Counted from the stretch's first letter, positions 42,714 to 55,447 are shown. The stretch: DNA of 64,000 nucleotides from Eledone cirrhosa (GCA_964016885.1 OZ024742.1:113770001-113834000); one strand, 5' to 3'. Notes: generated from the sequence alone by a model not told the origin. Made by a program: numbers and translations.

Positions 42714-44982
42714 CAGGGGTCACCATACTACGGCCCGCGGGCCGGATCAGGCCCGCGACGTCAGTTCATCAGCCTCGACAGTACTTGCATTTGTGTGATA
42801 AAACGGATGGAACACGAGATGTTTCTAATTCAATGTATTTTTCCTTTTCAGGTCCCCTTTTCTTCACCCTTTATTATGGTTACTAAGAAAAGAAAAGTGG
42901 ACGCCGAGTATCGCGTTTTCAATGAAGAATGGGGAGTAACGTATTTCTTGGTGGAAACAAAGGACCAGAAAGCTAGTTGCGTGGTGTGCAGCGAAAATGT
43001 TGCCGTTTTGAAAGAGTGCAATATTCGGCGTCACTTTGAAACAAAACATCTATCAACATATTCAAAGTTTTCTGGAAAGTTACGCTCTGAGAAATATGAG
43101 TCCATGAATCGTGGTTTAGAAACTTAAAGAAATCTCTTCACGAGAAAGTTTGCTGAAAATGAATCTATCACTCGTACAAGTTACAAAATGGTACATAAGT
43201 TGGCAGAGGCACGAACACTGTTTACTGATGGCAACTTCATCAAAGAGTGTATGAAGGAAGCAGCAAACGACTTGAGTCCTGAGAAAGCCGATTTATTTGG
43301 GAGTATCAGCCTTTCGGCAAGTTCAGTTGTGCGGAAGACAGAAGAACTTGGAGCGAACATAGTGCTACAGATACGCGAGAAAGCTAAGAACTTTTGTTGG
43401 TATTCTCTGGCGCTGGATGTGTCTACTGATCTCTCGAGTACGTCACAACTTCTCGTGTTCATTCGTGTTGTCAATTTCGACTTTCAGATAACGGAAGAGT
43501 TGGCATCCGTTTCCTGCATGCATGGAACAACAACTGGAAATTACACTTTCATGGAAGTTCAGAAAACTTTGCAAGACTATAAACTTCAGTGGAATCAGCT
43601 TTGAGATGTTACAGTTGATGGAGGAAAAAACATGGCTGGAGTGAGGAAGTGTCTGGTCGGGCAGATGAGAACTCAGTTGGAAGATTTGCAAATTTGGGGC
43701 GCCCTGTTCATACACTGTATCATACATCAGCAAGCACTCTGTGGAAAAGACTTGGATATTTCTTGTGTACTGAAACCAGTCATTACTGCTGTGAACTTTA
43801 TTCGGGGACATGCACTCAGTACCGTCAGTTCCAGGCTTTTCTTGAAGAAATTGATTCTGATTTCTGTGATTTGCCTTATCACACAGCAGTGAGGTGGCTC
43901 AGCTGCGGTAAAGTCCTGTTTCGTTTTTACAAGCTCCGAAACAAAATAGAAGTTTTTCTCACTGAAAAAGATAGAGCTGATCCACAGCTGTCAGATCCTA
44001 CCTGGCTGTCAAGGTTGTCATTTTTGGTCGACATCACATCCCACATGAATGAACTGAACTTGAAACTTCAGAGAAAGGATAACCTCGTCTGTGATCTCTA
44101 CAGAATCATCAAAGGATTTCGCAGAAAGCAGTCATTGTTTGAAGCACGAGTGGAAGGAGAAAGCTTCTCTCATTTTCACTGTATCATAGTGTTTTGCGCT
44201 ACAATTGCTGAATATGTCAACCTCGATTTTTCTAAAAGATTATTCGTGACTTAAAGAAGAATCTTTTGGACAGATTTTCAGATCTCGACAGAATTGAGAG
44301 TGATATTCTTCTGTTCCAGAATCCGATTGATTGTAAGTTGATGATGTGCCAGTTGAACTACAGTGGGAGCTCATTGATTTGCAAGTACATGACTTGTTGA
44401 AAGAGAAGCACAGAGAAGGAAAACTTGTTGAATTTTACCGCTTCTTACCTGGTGTTGAGTTTCCGAAATTGAAGAAAGTTGCCGCTGGTATGGCATCATT
44501 GTTTGGAACAACTTATGTCTGTGAGCAAACATTTTCAAAAATGGAGTATGTGAAGTCAACACATCGAACGAGATTGACTGATGAACATTTGAAACCGATT
44601 CTCTTGATTGGATGCAGCAATTCCAAACCAAACATTGATGATATCTTGAAAGCCAAACGTCCGTTTCACAAATCTAACTAACCTTTTTGCTGCTTAGTTT
44701 GTAAGATTCGGATATGTGCACACTAGGTCTGATGTAACTATATTTTTGCTAACGTCGCCTTCTTTGATAACTTTTTAGTAAATAAATATGTTGGTTGTCT
44801 TTGTTTTTTGTTCATTGCACGCCACTCACCCATGATTAACGTGGAATGTTAAACGTAGTATTTCGTCTTTTTTCCCAGAGCTTTCGTTCTGGCTTGCAAG
44901 TATTTAACAGAATGATATGCGGCCCGCGCTTGTCATTCTTTCAGTTATCCGGCCCACTGTGAAAACAGTCTGGTAAACCCTG
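42714..44982 (+). mobile_element. hAT DNA transposon (Buster/SPIN/GTF2IRD2-like), full length, disrupted
   Basis: TIRs CAGGGGTCACCATACT / AGTCTGGTAAACCCTG, 8-bp TSD gttaaggg / gtttaggg, subterminal ggcccgc repeats. Confidence 0.93.
42876..44681 (+). pseudogene. hAT transposase pseudogene
   Basis: KKRKVDAEYRVFNEEW, BED-like CVVC..RRHFETKH, SLALDVSTD, VTVDGG, HCIIHQQALC, VRWLS, FGTTYVCEQTFSKM. Stops at ~43125 and ~43602 plus frameshifts. Confidence 0.92.
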
Positions 44983-45770
44983 GTTTAGGGGGACATAACT
45001 ATCCCCCACTGTGTATTTGAGGAGGACTCTATCCGCTCGATTAGTCGAAGAACAGAAAAGGCTGGCAAACTTGAAATATTAGTCGACACTCAGGTTCCAA
45101 GCCGTATTTACATTCCCTGTTCCAAATACATAGTCTCTGTGGTAAGGAGGAAGTGTTCATCGAGGGGGAACCACTTCCCACTTCATATATCCTTTACGTG
45201 CCCGAATGAAATGGTAGTTTTAAAATGACTTCCTCCAATACACAGTGGTGTCCATAACTGTATCCCGGAAGCAATGGTAGTACGTATATGTTAAATGTAT
45301 GAAGCTTTTTTACACTAAACAAGCTTTCTTCTAACATTTTGAGCGCTATTTTCCTTCATATTTTATGCACAGATTAATACCAAAATGTACATATGAATTT
45401 ATATAAATATGTGGTCACAAATCCGCACATTGAAAATCATGGTACGATCTAATCGTTTGATATATTTTTCAATTCCATCATTTGTTGAATTATCATTAAA
45501 ACAATAACGTTACACAGACATTGTAGATGAGATTATAAATAGGTAGAATGATGATGCATTATAATAAGCAGCCAACAGTTCAGCAATTTCGAGGATAATG
45601 TGTTTGAATCTATTGATAGATGTAGGAGCAATCTGCCAAGACCTTGAAAAGCATTGGAAGACAAAGGTAAAACAAAGCACGAGTTGATGAAAGAGAATAT
45701 GACAAGATTAATTAAAAAGAGGATGAGTATGTTAGTAGAATTATAGATTAGTATAAAGATGACACGGAGT

Positions 45771-45841
45771 TATATCTGATGAGCAAAGTAGTTAAACACA
45801 TTAATTAACGTTGTGATTAGTTCAGCGAAACAGGCCATAGA
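45771..45841 (+). ncRNA. Degenerate hammerhead ribozyme
   Basis: TAT-CTGATGA-GC..40 nt..GC-GAAA-CAGG-CC-ATA; U16.1 appears mutated. Confidence 0.4.
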
Positions 45842-46401
45842 TACATTGTTATGAAAAGTACGAGGTAGGCATTCAGATGTATCCAGATGTATGCATATAT
45901 AAGAATTATACGTATTCTCTTTTCTGTAATTTATTAAAGCAAAGCCAAGGGTTGAACAATTACATGATTATTTATATAGTTTCCTTGCGTTTTGACTCAC
46001 AGCTTCCAGCAGAACACCGGCTTGTTTATTCCAACGCAGAAAAAAGAGTCCGTCTGGTTACGCAGCCATTTATGAACAGCATTTGCGCTACTCTGCCAAA
46101 GATTTGAAAGCTGTTCCATAGATCGTGTAAGGATGAGGTTCAGAGGATTATGTTGCTGCTTCGTTTGATAATGCTTCTGCCCTCCCTCCAGCCTAGGGAT
46201 ACAAGCGAACTCGAACTCCTACATGCGTCTATGTCACTGAGATCAAGTTTTTCCACTGCAAGTACAATTGTTCAAATAAATAAGCATACAATAAATTGGA
46301 ATGAAATTTGAGTGCTTAAATCGAATTTCGTAATTTTTCGCTTATCGATATGTTGCATCAGGAACATTGTTTAGTCAACAAGTTTACCAAAAGAATATGT
46401 A

Positions 46402-46484
<83 letters not shown>

Positions 46485-46491
<7 letters not shown>

Positions 46492-46893
46492 AATAGAAAA
46501 CGAAAAATCAGTGATGCATCTGAACTCAATTTATTTTGTGTTACAATTGTTTCCTCGGCGGACAGCTCGAGTCGCGATCATTTTGTGGATCTGTCTGGTT
46601 CTCGACCCGCAGGTTCGACGTACACGTCTAAGGATTTAAGAGCATGGGATAATAGGCTCCGAAATCAGTAGACGTGTCCGTCGAACCTGCGGGTCCAGAA
46701 TAAGACAGATCCACAAAATGATCGCGTCTCGAGTTGTCTGCCGGGGAAACAATTGTAACACACAATAAATTGAGTTCAGATGCTTCACTGATTGTTCGTT
46801 TGCTATTCTATCATACTGCGGTCTGTAAGAGCATGGTGGGCACAAACGGCATACCGCCTATGGAAGCATCTTAGCTACCATCAGACATACATA
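46485..46893. mobile_element. Fold-back element (about 150-bp arms, 24-nt spacer, about 80-bp tail)
   Basis: 46485-46637 is the reverse complement of 46662-46811. Starts in (TA)n and contains GAAA-CAATTG-TA-ACAC. Confidence 0.85.
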
Positions 46894-46894
46894 T

Positions 46895-47595
46895 ATTAGA
46901 ATGTGTCGTTATTTTTACAAAATGAAAAATAACCGAGGAGGTCCTACAACAGTGAAAGTATAAGGAAAAAAGATGAAATCGAGAATACAACTGGAGTTTT
47001 TTTTCTTTAAATATATTTATTTGGTTCCTTTACCTGTTTTGTTGTTCTTCTGCTTATCAAAAGTAGAATTGAGATGGGGAGTTCGTGGTTTTTCTCACAT
47101 CTGGTTGGTGTTTGAATGTTACTTCTGCTTTATATGGAAAAAAGTGGCTCGTAATGCTAGGTTTTTAGAGGAGTAATTTGGTTGGTTGGTGAATAAGTAT
47201 AATAAATATCGCGCCAGTTCGCGTTACAAAGTTCTTATATTTGCCTTTAAAAAAATAGGGTGGGTGGGTCAGGTTATGTTTTTCATATATTAGTGCAGTT
47301 GTTTGGTGGATGCATTCACGTGAATAAGCACAACAGCTTTCGCGCCAGTTTGTGTTTGAATTTTGTTTTACTTAACTAAAGGTGGCTAACGAAGGCTTTA
47401 TTTTGTAAATGTAATTTGATTGTTTACAAATGAAATTATAACTGTCATGTGAACAAGTACGTTACATTTCGCGCCCGTATTTTGGAATTTGTGTTGTAGC
47501 CATTTAGTGAAATGTGTGCCAAATAAATGATAATTTTCAAGAAAAAGGGATGGAGGGAGTTGTTCTCAGTAGGACTGATGTGCTGAAATGTAATT
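46895..47595 (-). mobile_element. Second copy of the PLE 3' terminal region, with decayed U3-A8 HHR at 47025-47068
   Basis: Collinear with 24480-25200; minus strand CTT-TTGATAA-GCA..aaaa-CAGG-TA-AAGG. Confidence 0.85.
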
Positions 47596-48710
47596 TGTAT
47601 ATATATGTATATATACACACATACACACTCGCATACACACACACACGCGCAAACACATACCGCGGAATAAAAGATAAATTATTTATACATATAAGTACTC
47701 CACAAATACACGCTCTTCAAAATTATTTCAGGCTCATTATACTATACCCGTTTTATTCAACATACCTACAATTAAATAGCTTTTATGACAAATAAACAAA
47801 CTAACGACCCCCCACCCACCCCTTATACACACACCACGATACAAAATAAAAAATTCATAATGTATAAATATATTTTTTTATTCTTAAAAAAAAACAATAA
47901 ATAAATCTCTGGCAAATTCTGATTTCTAACATAATTCCTCTTTGACAAATCAGCCTCAACCACAACATCAGATATCATAACTTGAAGTTTGACCTCTGTT
48001 TTAAATCCTTAATTATATATATATATATATATATATACATACATACATATATATATTACAACGATTATCTTGTAAACGCCATTCGTACCCAACTACGTAG
48101 CGTACATGTAAGAGGTACTTCTGTAAAGTGACTAAGTCATTCCCCCTACACAAAATATGAAAAGACCTTTCTCAACAATTATTTTTCTATTTTTCAGGTT
48201 TAATTTGAGTATTTATCAATTTATAAGATTAATTACATCGAAACCGCTAATATTATATATATTTTATGAAACCTTTATGAATCATTTGTTCTTATTTTTT
48301 TCCAAAGGTAACAATTTGTCGGATTCAAGAAACCAACATTCTTAAAAATATACTTCCGTGTTAATTCCATTTTCACCTAATTTATAACATATTTAGCTTT
48401 GACAGTGTTGTCCCACTCATGTATACTATTGAAGATGAAAAGAAAGACTGTAAACACTGGCTTATCTTTATACTTTAAAATTGATACACACTTCGATACT
48501 CTGCCAAACTCTTACTTTTACCTCATGACAGCTAGTTTTACACGCCGTAACGTTAGATACATTATACCCCCCACCTAAGTAATGTCAGGGTCTCCTCAAA
48601 TAATTTATTAATAGCATTGTTGTAATTGTTGTTATTGTGCTAATTGAATGCCATTACTACTTCATATAGTAGCCTGTATATTCTTTTCTTGCCTGTGTAT
48701 TTTCTTCATT

Positions 48711-48829
48711 CTCGCATGCTCCGAAGATCTGACTGGTTATAATTTTGTATTGGCGATCGAGTAACGTGAAAATAAACGAAAAGCGATCTCTAGACCTACC
48801 AGTTCAGAGAAACAATTGTCACGTATGAG
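48711..48829 (+). ncRNA. Hammerhead ribozyme, U4C variant with long stem II
   Basis: ctcgcatgct-CCGAAGA-TCTGA CTGGT..~58 nt..ACCAG t TCAGA-GAAA-CAATTG-TC-acgtatgag; GUC cleavage triplet. Confidence 0.7.
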
Positions 48830-49049
48830 ATTAAAAACCTTTTTTGTATAGCAAACCATGTCAACCTTCTTTCCTGATTTATTATTACTCCAAGTGTTTA
48901 CAACATAGGAATTACGGCATACCAGCAGCATCACTTCGAAAACGCCTTGTTGAGTCAAACCAAGCCAAGCGTTAATATCATCCACTACCTGGAATACCAT
49001 AACTGGACTTTACCTAAGTGGACTGCATTTAACTATTATTTGTTACCCC

Positions 49050-49090
<41 letters not shown>

Positions 49091-49099
49091 TGTGTATAT

Positions 49100-49556
49100 G
49101 CCTGTGGTGTCAGTGAGGGGCATGTACCTCTGTAGCGGAGGCTAGCTATGCCCTTTTCAGGACAGCTCGTCCTGCAATTGTGTCCTACCTGACACTTAGC
49201 TCTCACCTGTGGCTCCAAGAAGCTGTAGCATGAGACAGCGGCTACACCCCGGTAAACCGCCATTGCTGGCGGTCCGAAGCAGGTTGAGGGTAGCCGGACG
49301 GCTCTGAAACCTACCGGTGAGTTAGATAGGTGATGCCTGCCCCTGCAGCGATAGGCAAGAGATGGAGGTAACAGGTGGAGGTAACAAGTGGAGTTAACCT
49401 CTGGGAGTAGCCAGTCTGACTCCGGTCTCTTCCCCTGCCCCTAGTGACCCCGGACTTGCAAGTCAAGGATCGGCATCCACAGCCACCTTGGTGCCCCCGG
49501 CAGATGGGAACAACAATAAAGAAGATGTCATCATCGTTTACGATGGACAACCAAGA
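49100..49556 (+). mobile_element. GC-rich LINE 5'UTR-like fragment (RTE-like)
   Basis: Abrupt GC-rich block between (TA)n runs. The segment ctctcacctgtggctcc..agcggctacaccccggtaaaccgc resembles RTE 5'UTRs as I recall them; no ORF. Confidence 0.45.
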
Positions 49557-51621
49557 TATATATATAACGGGAATTGAGAATTATAGGTCTTAAAAAAGAC
49601 AAACAAAATTATTTCACCCATTAAATCATTAAAAGTTATCAACCTAAATTTCTTCTCATAATATTGCCATAATTTTGCATTTTAATTAGGATTTTTATTT
49701 GAGTGAACGCTCAATGAAGTGAGAAAATGAATTTCGCATGTAAATTAAATTTTGCTCTTAAAATTCTGCATACAACTTCGATTAAAATCTAGAGAAATTA
49801 GTTGTGTAATTATTGAATGTCTTTTATAGGAAGCCTGCTGTTTTTATGAGAATGAATATTTATTTTATTTGAATTATTTCAGACTTTCGCAAATAACTTA
49901 TATTTGTTTTTTGGATCATAAATCCAAAGTAATAAACCTAGTGATTGCTTGTAATTTTGTGTAGATCATTTTCACTGACATGTACTCGTGTTACAAAAGC
50001 GTTTGTTATACTTACTCTCTTCAAATATTAAGTATTCACAGCATTGATATATTTGTATACGGTAAATTCAAGCAGAGTTTAAGATATTTAAAACCGTATA
50101 AAGTAGTATTTTAGAATATATTTTATTCTCCAATCTAGTATTGGGTTGTGCTTGGAGAATATTCACTTCCTGTACAGGTTAGAATATTGTTACATATTCA
50201 TGTTGTAGATTCAAGTCCATAAATCTGCATTAAAATCCTATGAACATGCCTTCTAATATTTTGTCATAGAATTGCTTTATTATAATTGTTTAGCTTCTTA
50301 CAGCATATTGTTAATTTGTTGAAATATAAATTTCATAAGATTACGAAAAAGATGAAATAATTCTTAATTTCAGAAATCAACGAAACGAAAGTTAAAAATC
50401 GAAATAGGTTTGCTCACTTTCATTCACAAAATGCATAGAATACATTTTCTCGTAGTTGTCCTTCATAGTAATTAAATGCAATTTCCTGTGCTTTTAACAA
50501 AGTCATCCGTATATTACTCTAGTTTTACGGGCTGACATGTATGTTCCCAACAGTGTTGTATGTACAGGTGTTAATTTAAGTAGCAGATCGTTATGTAGGT
50601 GTCTGATAGACATACTATATATATATATAGCCTTCCGCCAGTATTCAAACTAGCGCAACTGTTACATCACTAGCAGTAATAAAGGCCATTTAAATATTTT
50701 AGACAAAATAGGACATAATATCTCCCTGAAGTCTGCCAGCCTGAAACAAAATTATTCATCGATCAATCTACCAAACGTTGCCCGTACATCTCACGACACA
50801 GAACAGCAATCTTATTCATGACCCCTGGGAAGTGATTTCGAACGCATACAAAATAGGTCAAACCATCGAATAGGCTTATAACTCTTAAAGTGAAATCACT
50901 ATTTAATACGAATTATAATATATATATGCTATTCCTACTATATATTTATATACTACTATATGCCTACTATTCCCACACCCCTTTCTTCCATGTTAATTCA
51001 TGCATCTTGGTATTTTTATTTTATTTCTCGACTTGCGCATTTCATAGCAAATGAAAATATAGTTCATTGTTTTTGTGGAAGATGGTGTGGTTGACCAAGG
51101 ATTTCATGGATAAAGATAGATAGCAGAGTGAACACTACCAGCTACTTGACATATCGATCTACTGCGCTGAATCACCTCTCTGAAAATATCTTAAAATAAA
51201 TAACTAACTAACAACTTGTCTCTGACTTTCGTTTTACATTCATTGTTCAATGCACACGGATTTATACATAAATGACCCTGTACATTTGGCAGAGCTCTCG
51301 AGGAAACATTACAAGACACCACCGAGCACAAAAACATAAGATTATCAGCCTATTTTGCTGAAACAATCATTTAAAAGGAACATTGAGTCATGAAAACGGG
51401 TTTGTGTATGTGTGTATGTGTGTGTGTGAGTGTGGGTGCAAATGTATGCGTGTGTATGCATGTGTGTATGCGTGTGTGTGTGTCTATGTGTATGTGTGTG
51501 TGTGAGTGTGGGTGCAAATGTATGCGTGTGTATGCATGTGTGTATGCGTGTGTGTGTGTCTATGTGACTGTGTCTGCCTCGGTGTGTAATGGGATAACTC
51601 CGATATAAACCCTGCGGCTCA

Positions 51622-51804
51622 GTAGTTACCGATGATGTTGACCTTTTCTTCTTTTCGGGTTAGAGCTACTGTCGTTCAGAGAATGGGACTGGCTGAGTGC
51701 ACAGTTTTTCCTCGCTTTAAAAATATCTTCACGCACAGGCATTGCACGATAGTATTAATTAGTAATTATTAATACGCGATAACGAGGGGGCGGCTATCAT
51801 TATC

Positions 51805-51806
<2 letters not shown>
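51622..51806 (+). repeat. Dispersed repeat; inverted partner at 54098-54306
   Basis: gtagttaccgatgatgttgaccttttcttc..gagggggc..atcat is the reverse complement of 54098-54306; both inner ends run into (TA)n. Confidence 0.85.
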
Positions 51807-51865
<59 letters not shown>

Positions 51866-51869
<4 letters not shown>

Positions 51870-51950
51870 GTGAAAGCAGCGATTCTTTGCTTAAACTTTA
51901 ATCTGTTATTTTAATAAATATTTGCTCTACGGTTCTTATATATTTGATAT
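51866..51950 (+). repeat. PLE terminal-repeat fragment (3' half of U4A-family HHR)
   Basis: aagggtGAAAgcagcgattctttgcttaaactttaatctg..; reverse complement of about 34690-34775; embedded in (TA)n. Confidence 0.8.
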
Positions 51951-51958
51951 ATATATAT

Positions 51959-51989
<31 letters not shown>

Positions 51990-52033
51990 AAACATATATA
52001 TATATACGTGATATATAATATATATATATATAT

Positions 52034-53620
52034 AAGCAAATTATAAATGTAAACATGTAAGTATGTTTTTGAAACGGTGGTCGAGTTTGAAAATTAGAAA
52101 TTAGAAAGTATAAGCTTTCACCGTATTTAAGACTAAAGGAATTTCTAGCCTGATAGTGGGGTTTATAACCCTCGGAGAAATGGAAAAAGATGAGTGTTTC
52201 CGTACATGGGAGTCGAAACAACACCTTTGGTTATCCAGACCACTGTGCTACCATTACACCAATACACATCCCGTCTCCTTCCATTCGAATTAGAAGCTAT
52301 GAACTTAGCAAGTGAATGATAAACAAGCAAATTATAAATGTAAACATGTAAGTATGTTTTTGAAACGGTGCGCGAGTTTGAAAATTAGAAATTAGAAAGT
52401 ATAAGCTTTCACCGTATTTTAGACTAAAGGAATTTCTAGCCTGATAATGGGGTTTATAACCCTCGGAGAAATGGAAAAAGATGAGTGTTGTCGTACATGG
52501 GAGTCGAACCCACATATTTGGTTATCCAAACCACTGTGCTACCATTACACCAATATACATCCCGTCTCCTTCAATTCGAATTAGAAGCTATGAACTTAGC
52601 AAGCGAATGATAAACAAGAAAATTATAAATGTAAACATGTAAGTATGTTTTTGAAACGTTGCGCGAGTTTGAAAATTAGAAATTGGAAATTATAAGCTTT
52701 CACCGTATTTTAGACTAAAGGAATTTCTAGCCTGATAGTGGGGTTTATAACCCTCGGAGAAATGGAAAAAGATGAGTGTTTCCGTACATGGGAGTCGAAA
52801 CAACACCTTTGGTTATCCAGACCACTGTGCTACCATTACACCAATACACATCCCGTCTCCTTCCATTCGAATTAGAAGCTATGAACTTAGCAAGTGAATG
52901 ATAAACAAGCAAATTATAAATGTAAACATGTAAGTATGTTTTTGAAACGGTGCGCGAGTTTGAAAATTAGAAATTAGAAAGTATAAGCTTTCACCGTATT
53001 TTAGACTAAAGGAATTTCTAGCCTGATAATGGGGTTTATAACCCTCGGAGAAATGGAAAAAGATGAGTGTTGTCGTACATGGGAGTCGAACCCACATATT
53101 TGGTTATCCAAACCACTGTGCTACCATTACACCAATATACATCCCGTCTCCTTCAATTCGAATTAGAAGCTATGAACTTAGCAAGCGAATGATAAACAAG
53201 AAAATTATAAATGTAAACATGTAAGTATGTTTTTGAAACGTTGCGCGAGTTTGAAAATTAGAAATTGGAAATTATAAGCTTTCACCGTATTTTAGACTAA
53301 AGGAATTTCTAGCCTGATAGTGGGGTTTATAACCCTCGGAGAAATGGAAAAGGATCAGTGTTGCCGTACATGGGAGTCGAACCCACATATTTGATTATTC
53401 AGACCACTGTGCTACCATTACACCAATACAGATCCCATTCGAATTAGAAGCTATGAACTTAGCATGTGAATGATAAACAAGCAAATTATAAATGTAAACA
53501 TGTAATTATGTTTTTAAAACGGTGCGCGAGTTTGAAAATTAGAAATTCGAAATTATAAGCTTTCACCGTATTTTAGCCTAAAGGAATTTCTATATATATT
53601 TTAGACTAAAGGAATTTCTA
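52034..53620. repeat. 291-bp tandem array (about 5.4 units) with alternating A/B variants
   Basis: Unit starts at 52034, 52325, 52616, 52907, 53198, 53479; flanked by (TA)n. Confidence 0.95.
52489..52559 (-). ncRNA. tRNA-like Pol III unit (one per repeat: also 52198-52268, 52780-52850, 53071-53141, 53362-53432)
   Basis: TGGTGTAATGGTAGCAC (A box/D arm), anticodon arm GTGGT-ttGGAta-ACCAA, 4-nt variable loop, GTGGG-TTCGACT-CCCAT (B box/T arm), TTTTT about 10 nt downstream; imperfect acceptor stem. Confidence 0.65.
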
Positions 53621-53640
53621 AATATATATATATATATATA

Positions 53641-54020
53641 TAAAATAAAATAAAATAAATAAGTCAAAGCTTTAAAATTTGGCTCCGTTTATTACTGGAA
53701 TCATATGATTCCAGTTCCTCAGTGAAATAACCACCCAACCAGGAACTGGGCATATCAGAGTATTGACAAAGTTAAACACCTCAAAATCATGTGTACTCGT
53801 CTCCACCACACTAATTCGGACTGGCTGAAGAGGTCACAGCCAAAGATGGCTGTCACCGAAATATATAGAGCAGTAATAAACGAAGCCAAATTTTAAACAT
53901 TTGACTTATTTATTTTATTTTATTTTACATTACTCCGGAGTAACCAAACCAACCTGCGCACTTCGTCGAGTGCTCCAATCTGCATACTGAGGTGTTGGTA
54001 TACAACCAACATATACTCAA
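53641..54020 (+). mobile_element. Solo PLE terminal repeat (9.5-12.5 kb family) with short inverted stub
   Basis: 53700-54018 matches 12253-12550; 53641-53697 is inverted to 53871-53927. HHR at 53820-53874 (CTGAAGA..GAAA-TATATA-GA; U16.1 mutated). Confidence 0.85.
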
Positions 54021-55112
54021 AAAATATATATATATATATAAATGTATGTCTATATATATATATTTATATATATATAATTATACATATATATATATATATG
54101 ATGATGATATTTGCCCCCTCCTTATCGAGCATGACCATTGCACGATATACCATCATTAATAATTAATCGTAATTATATCGTTCAATACCTATGCGTGAAG
54201 ATATTTTTAAAAGTGAGGAAAAACTGTGCACTCAACCAATCCCACTCTCTGAACGACATTAGCTATAACCCGAAAAGAAGAAAAGGTCAACATCATCGGT
54301 AACTACACATAGTTCTTCGGAAAGGATGAAGTCACTAATGACCCACACACCCTAATGCTACAATATCCTTTAAACGAAACGTAAATATATGTATCCAAAT
54401 TCCTTAATTTCATTGACTGATATTATGTGTATATTTGAAGTTATATTAAAGTCTAACATACTATTTCAATACATTTTGTAATGAAAAGAGTCATATGATT
54501 GTACTAGTTAATATATCATAATACAAACTATGGTTATTCAATGAGTATACATATGTATGTATATTAATAAAATGTTTAAGATTTAAGAATAATTGTATGT
54601 GTGTGTTTTGCCACAATATAATTAATGAAATACTTAATTGTAATTAAATTTAATTTTAAATAAGCTTGCCCTCCTTGAATTTACACCATTGTTTTAACAT
54701 TTAAATGTAGAACTGGAAAAAATGAAACGAAATTTCATTTCTCACTCTTAATACGGCTGTTACTTAAATATAAGAATCCATAACGTACATATATATATGT
54801 GTGCATGTATGTATATATATATATATACATACTACTGTATGTCTATATACATATATGTATGTGCGTGTACATACTTATATTTAAATACTATTACTGATAT
54901 TTTGCATTTCTGGTAGATTTTATAAATTGGCAATAGCAAAAAAAAAAAAATACTAAACAAAAAAAAAACACCTATTTAGTTTATAAATAGTAGAAATGAG
55001 CATGTGTTTGTTGACAATTGTTTGACAATTTATTGAATGTACAAACTATTCAGGAGTTGAAAAGAATGAATCAGTCATTAAATATGTTTGGGAATAGAGC
55101 ATATTCTTGAGT

Positions 55113-55291
55113 GAAATAATTGTTTCTACTTTAGGCACAAGGCCAGCAATTATCCGGTGCATTACTGGTACCTTATTTTATCGACCCCGTAAGGATGAAA
55201 GGCAAAGTAAACCTCAGCGGGATATCAACTCACACTGTAAAGGGACGTAACTATGCTGGAACGCATGGCGTCCGATTCTCTACCGATACTG
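55113..55291 (-). mobile_element. tRNA-derived SINE
   Basis: Collinear with the 34007 copy; short TSD gaaataat. Confidence 0.85.
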
Positions 55292-55447
55292 GAAATAATA
55301 TGAATTAATTGTAACAGGTACGATTCGAATAAGGACATTAAACGATATTCAAGAATAAAGTCAAGGAACACATTAAGTGAAATAGTCCTACACATGCATA
55401 TGTGCATATTCATGAATATGTGTGTGTGGGGGGGTGCGCGTGTGTGC

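Noticed and set aside
43188-44681. Domesticated GTF2IRD2/ZBED-like host gene
   Set aside because: TIRs, TSD, stops and frameshifts show a dead transposon copy.
52034-53620. CRISPR array or hammerhead retrozyme array
   Set aside because: Whole units repeat with no unique spacers. CTGATAG/A..hairpin..GAAA lacks a valid core and stems I/III.
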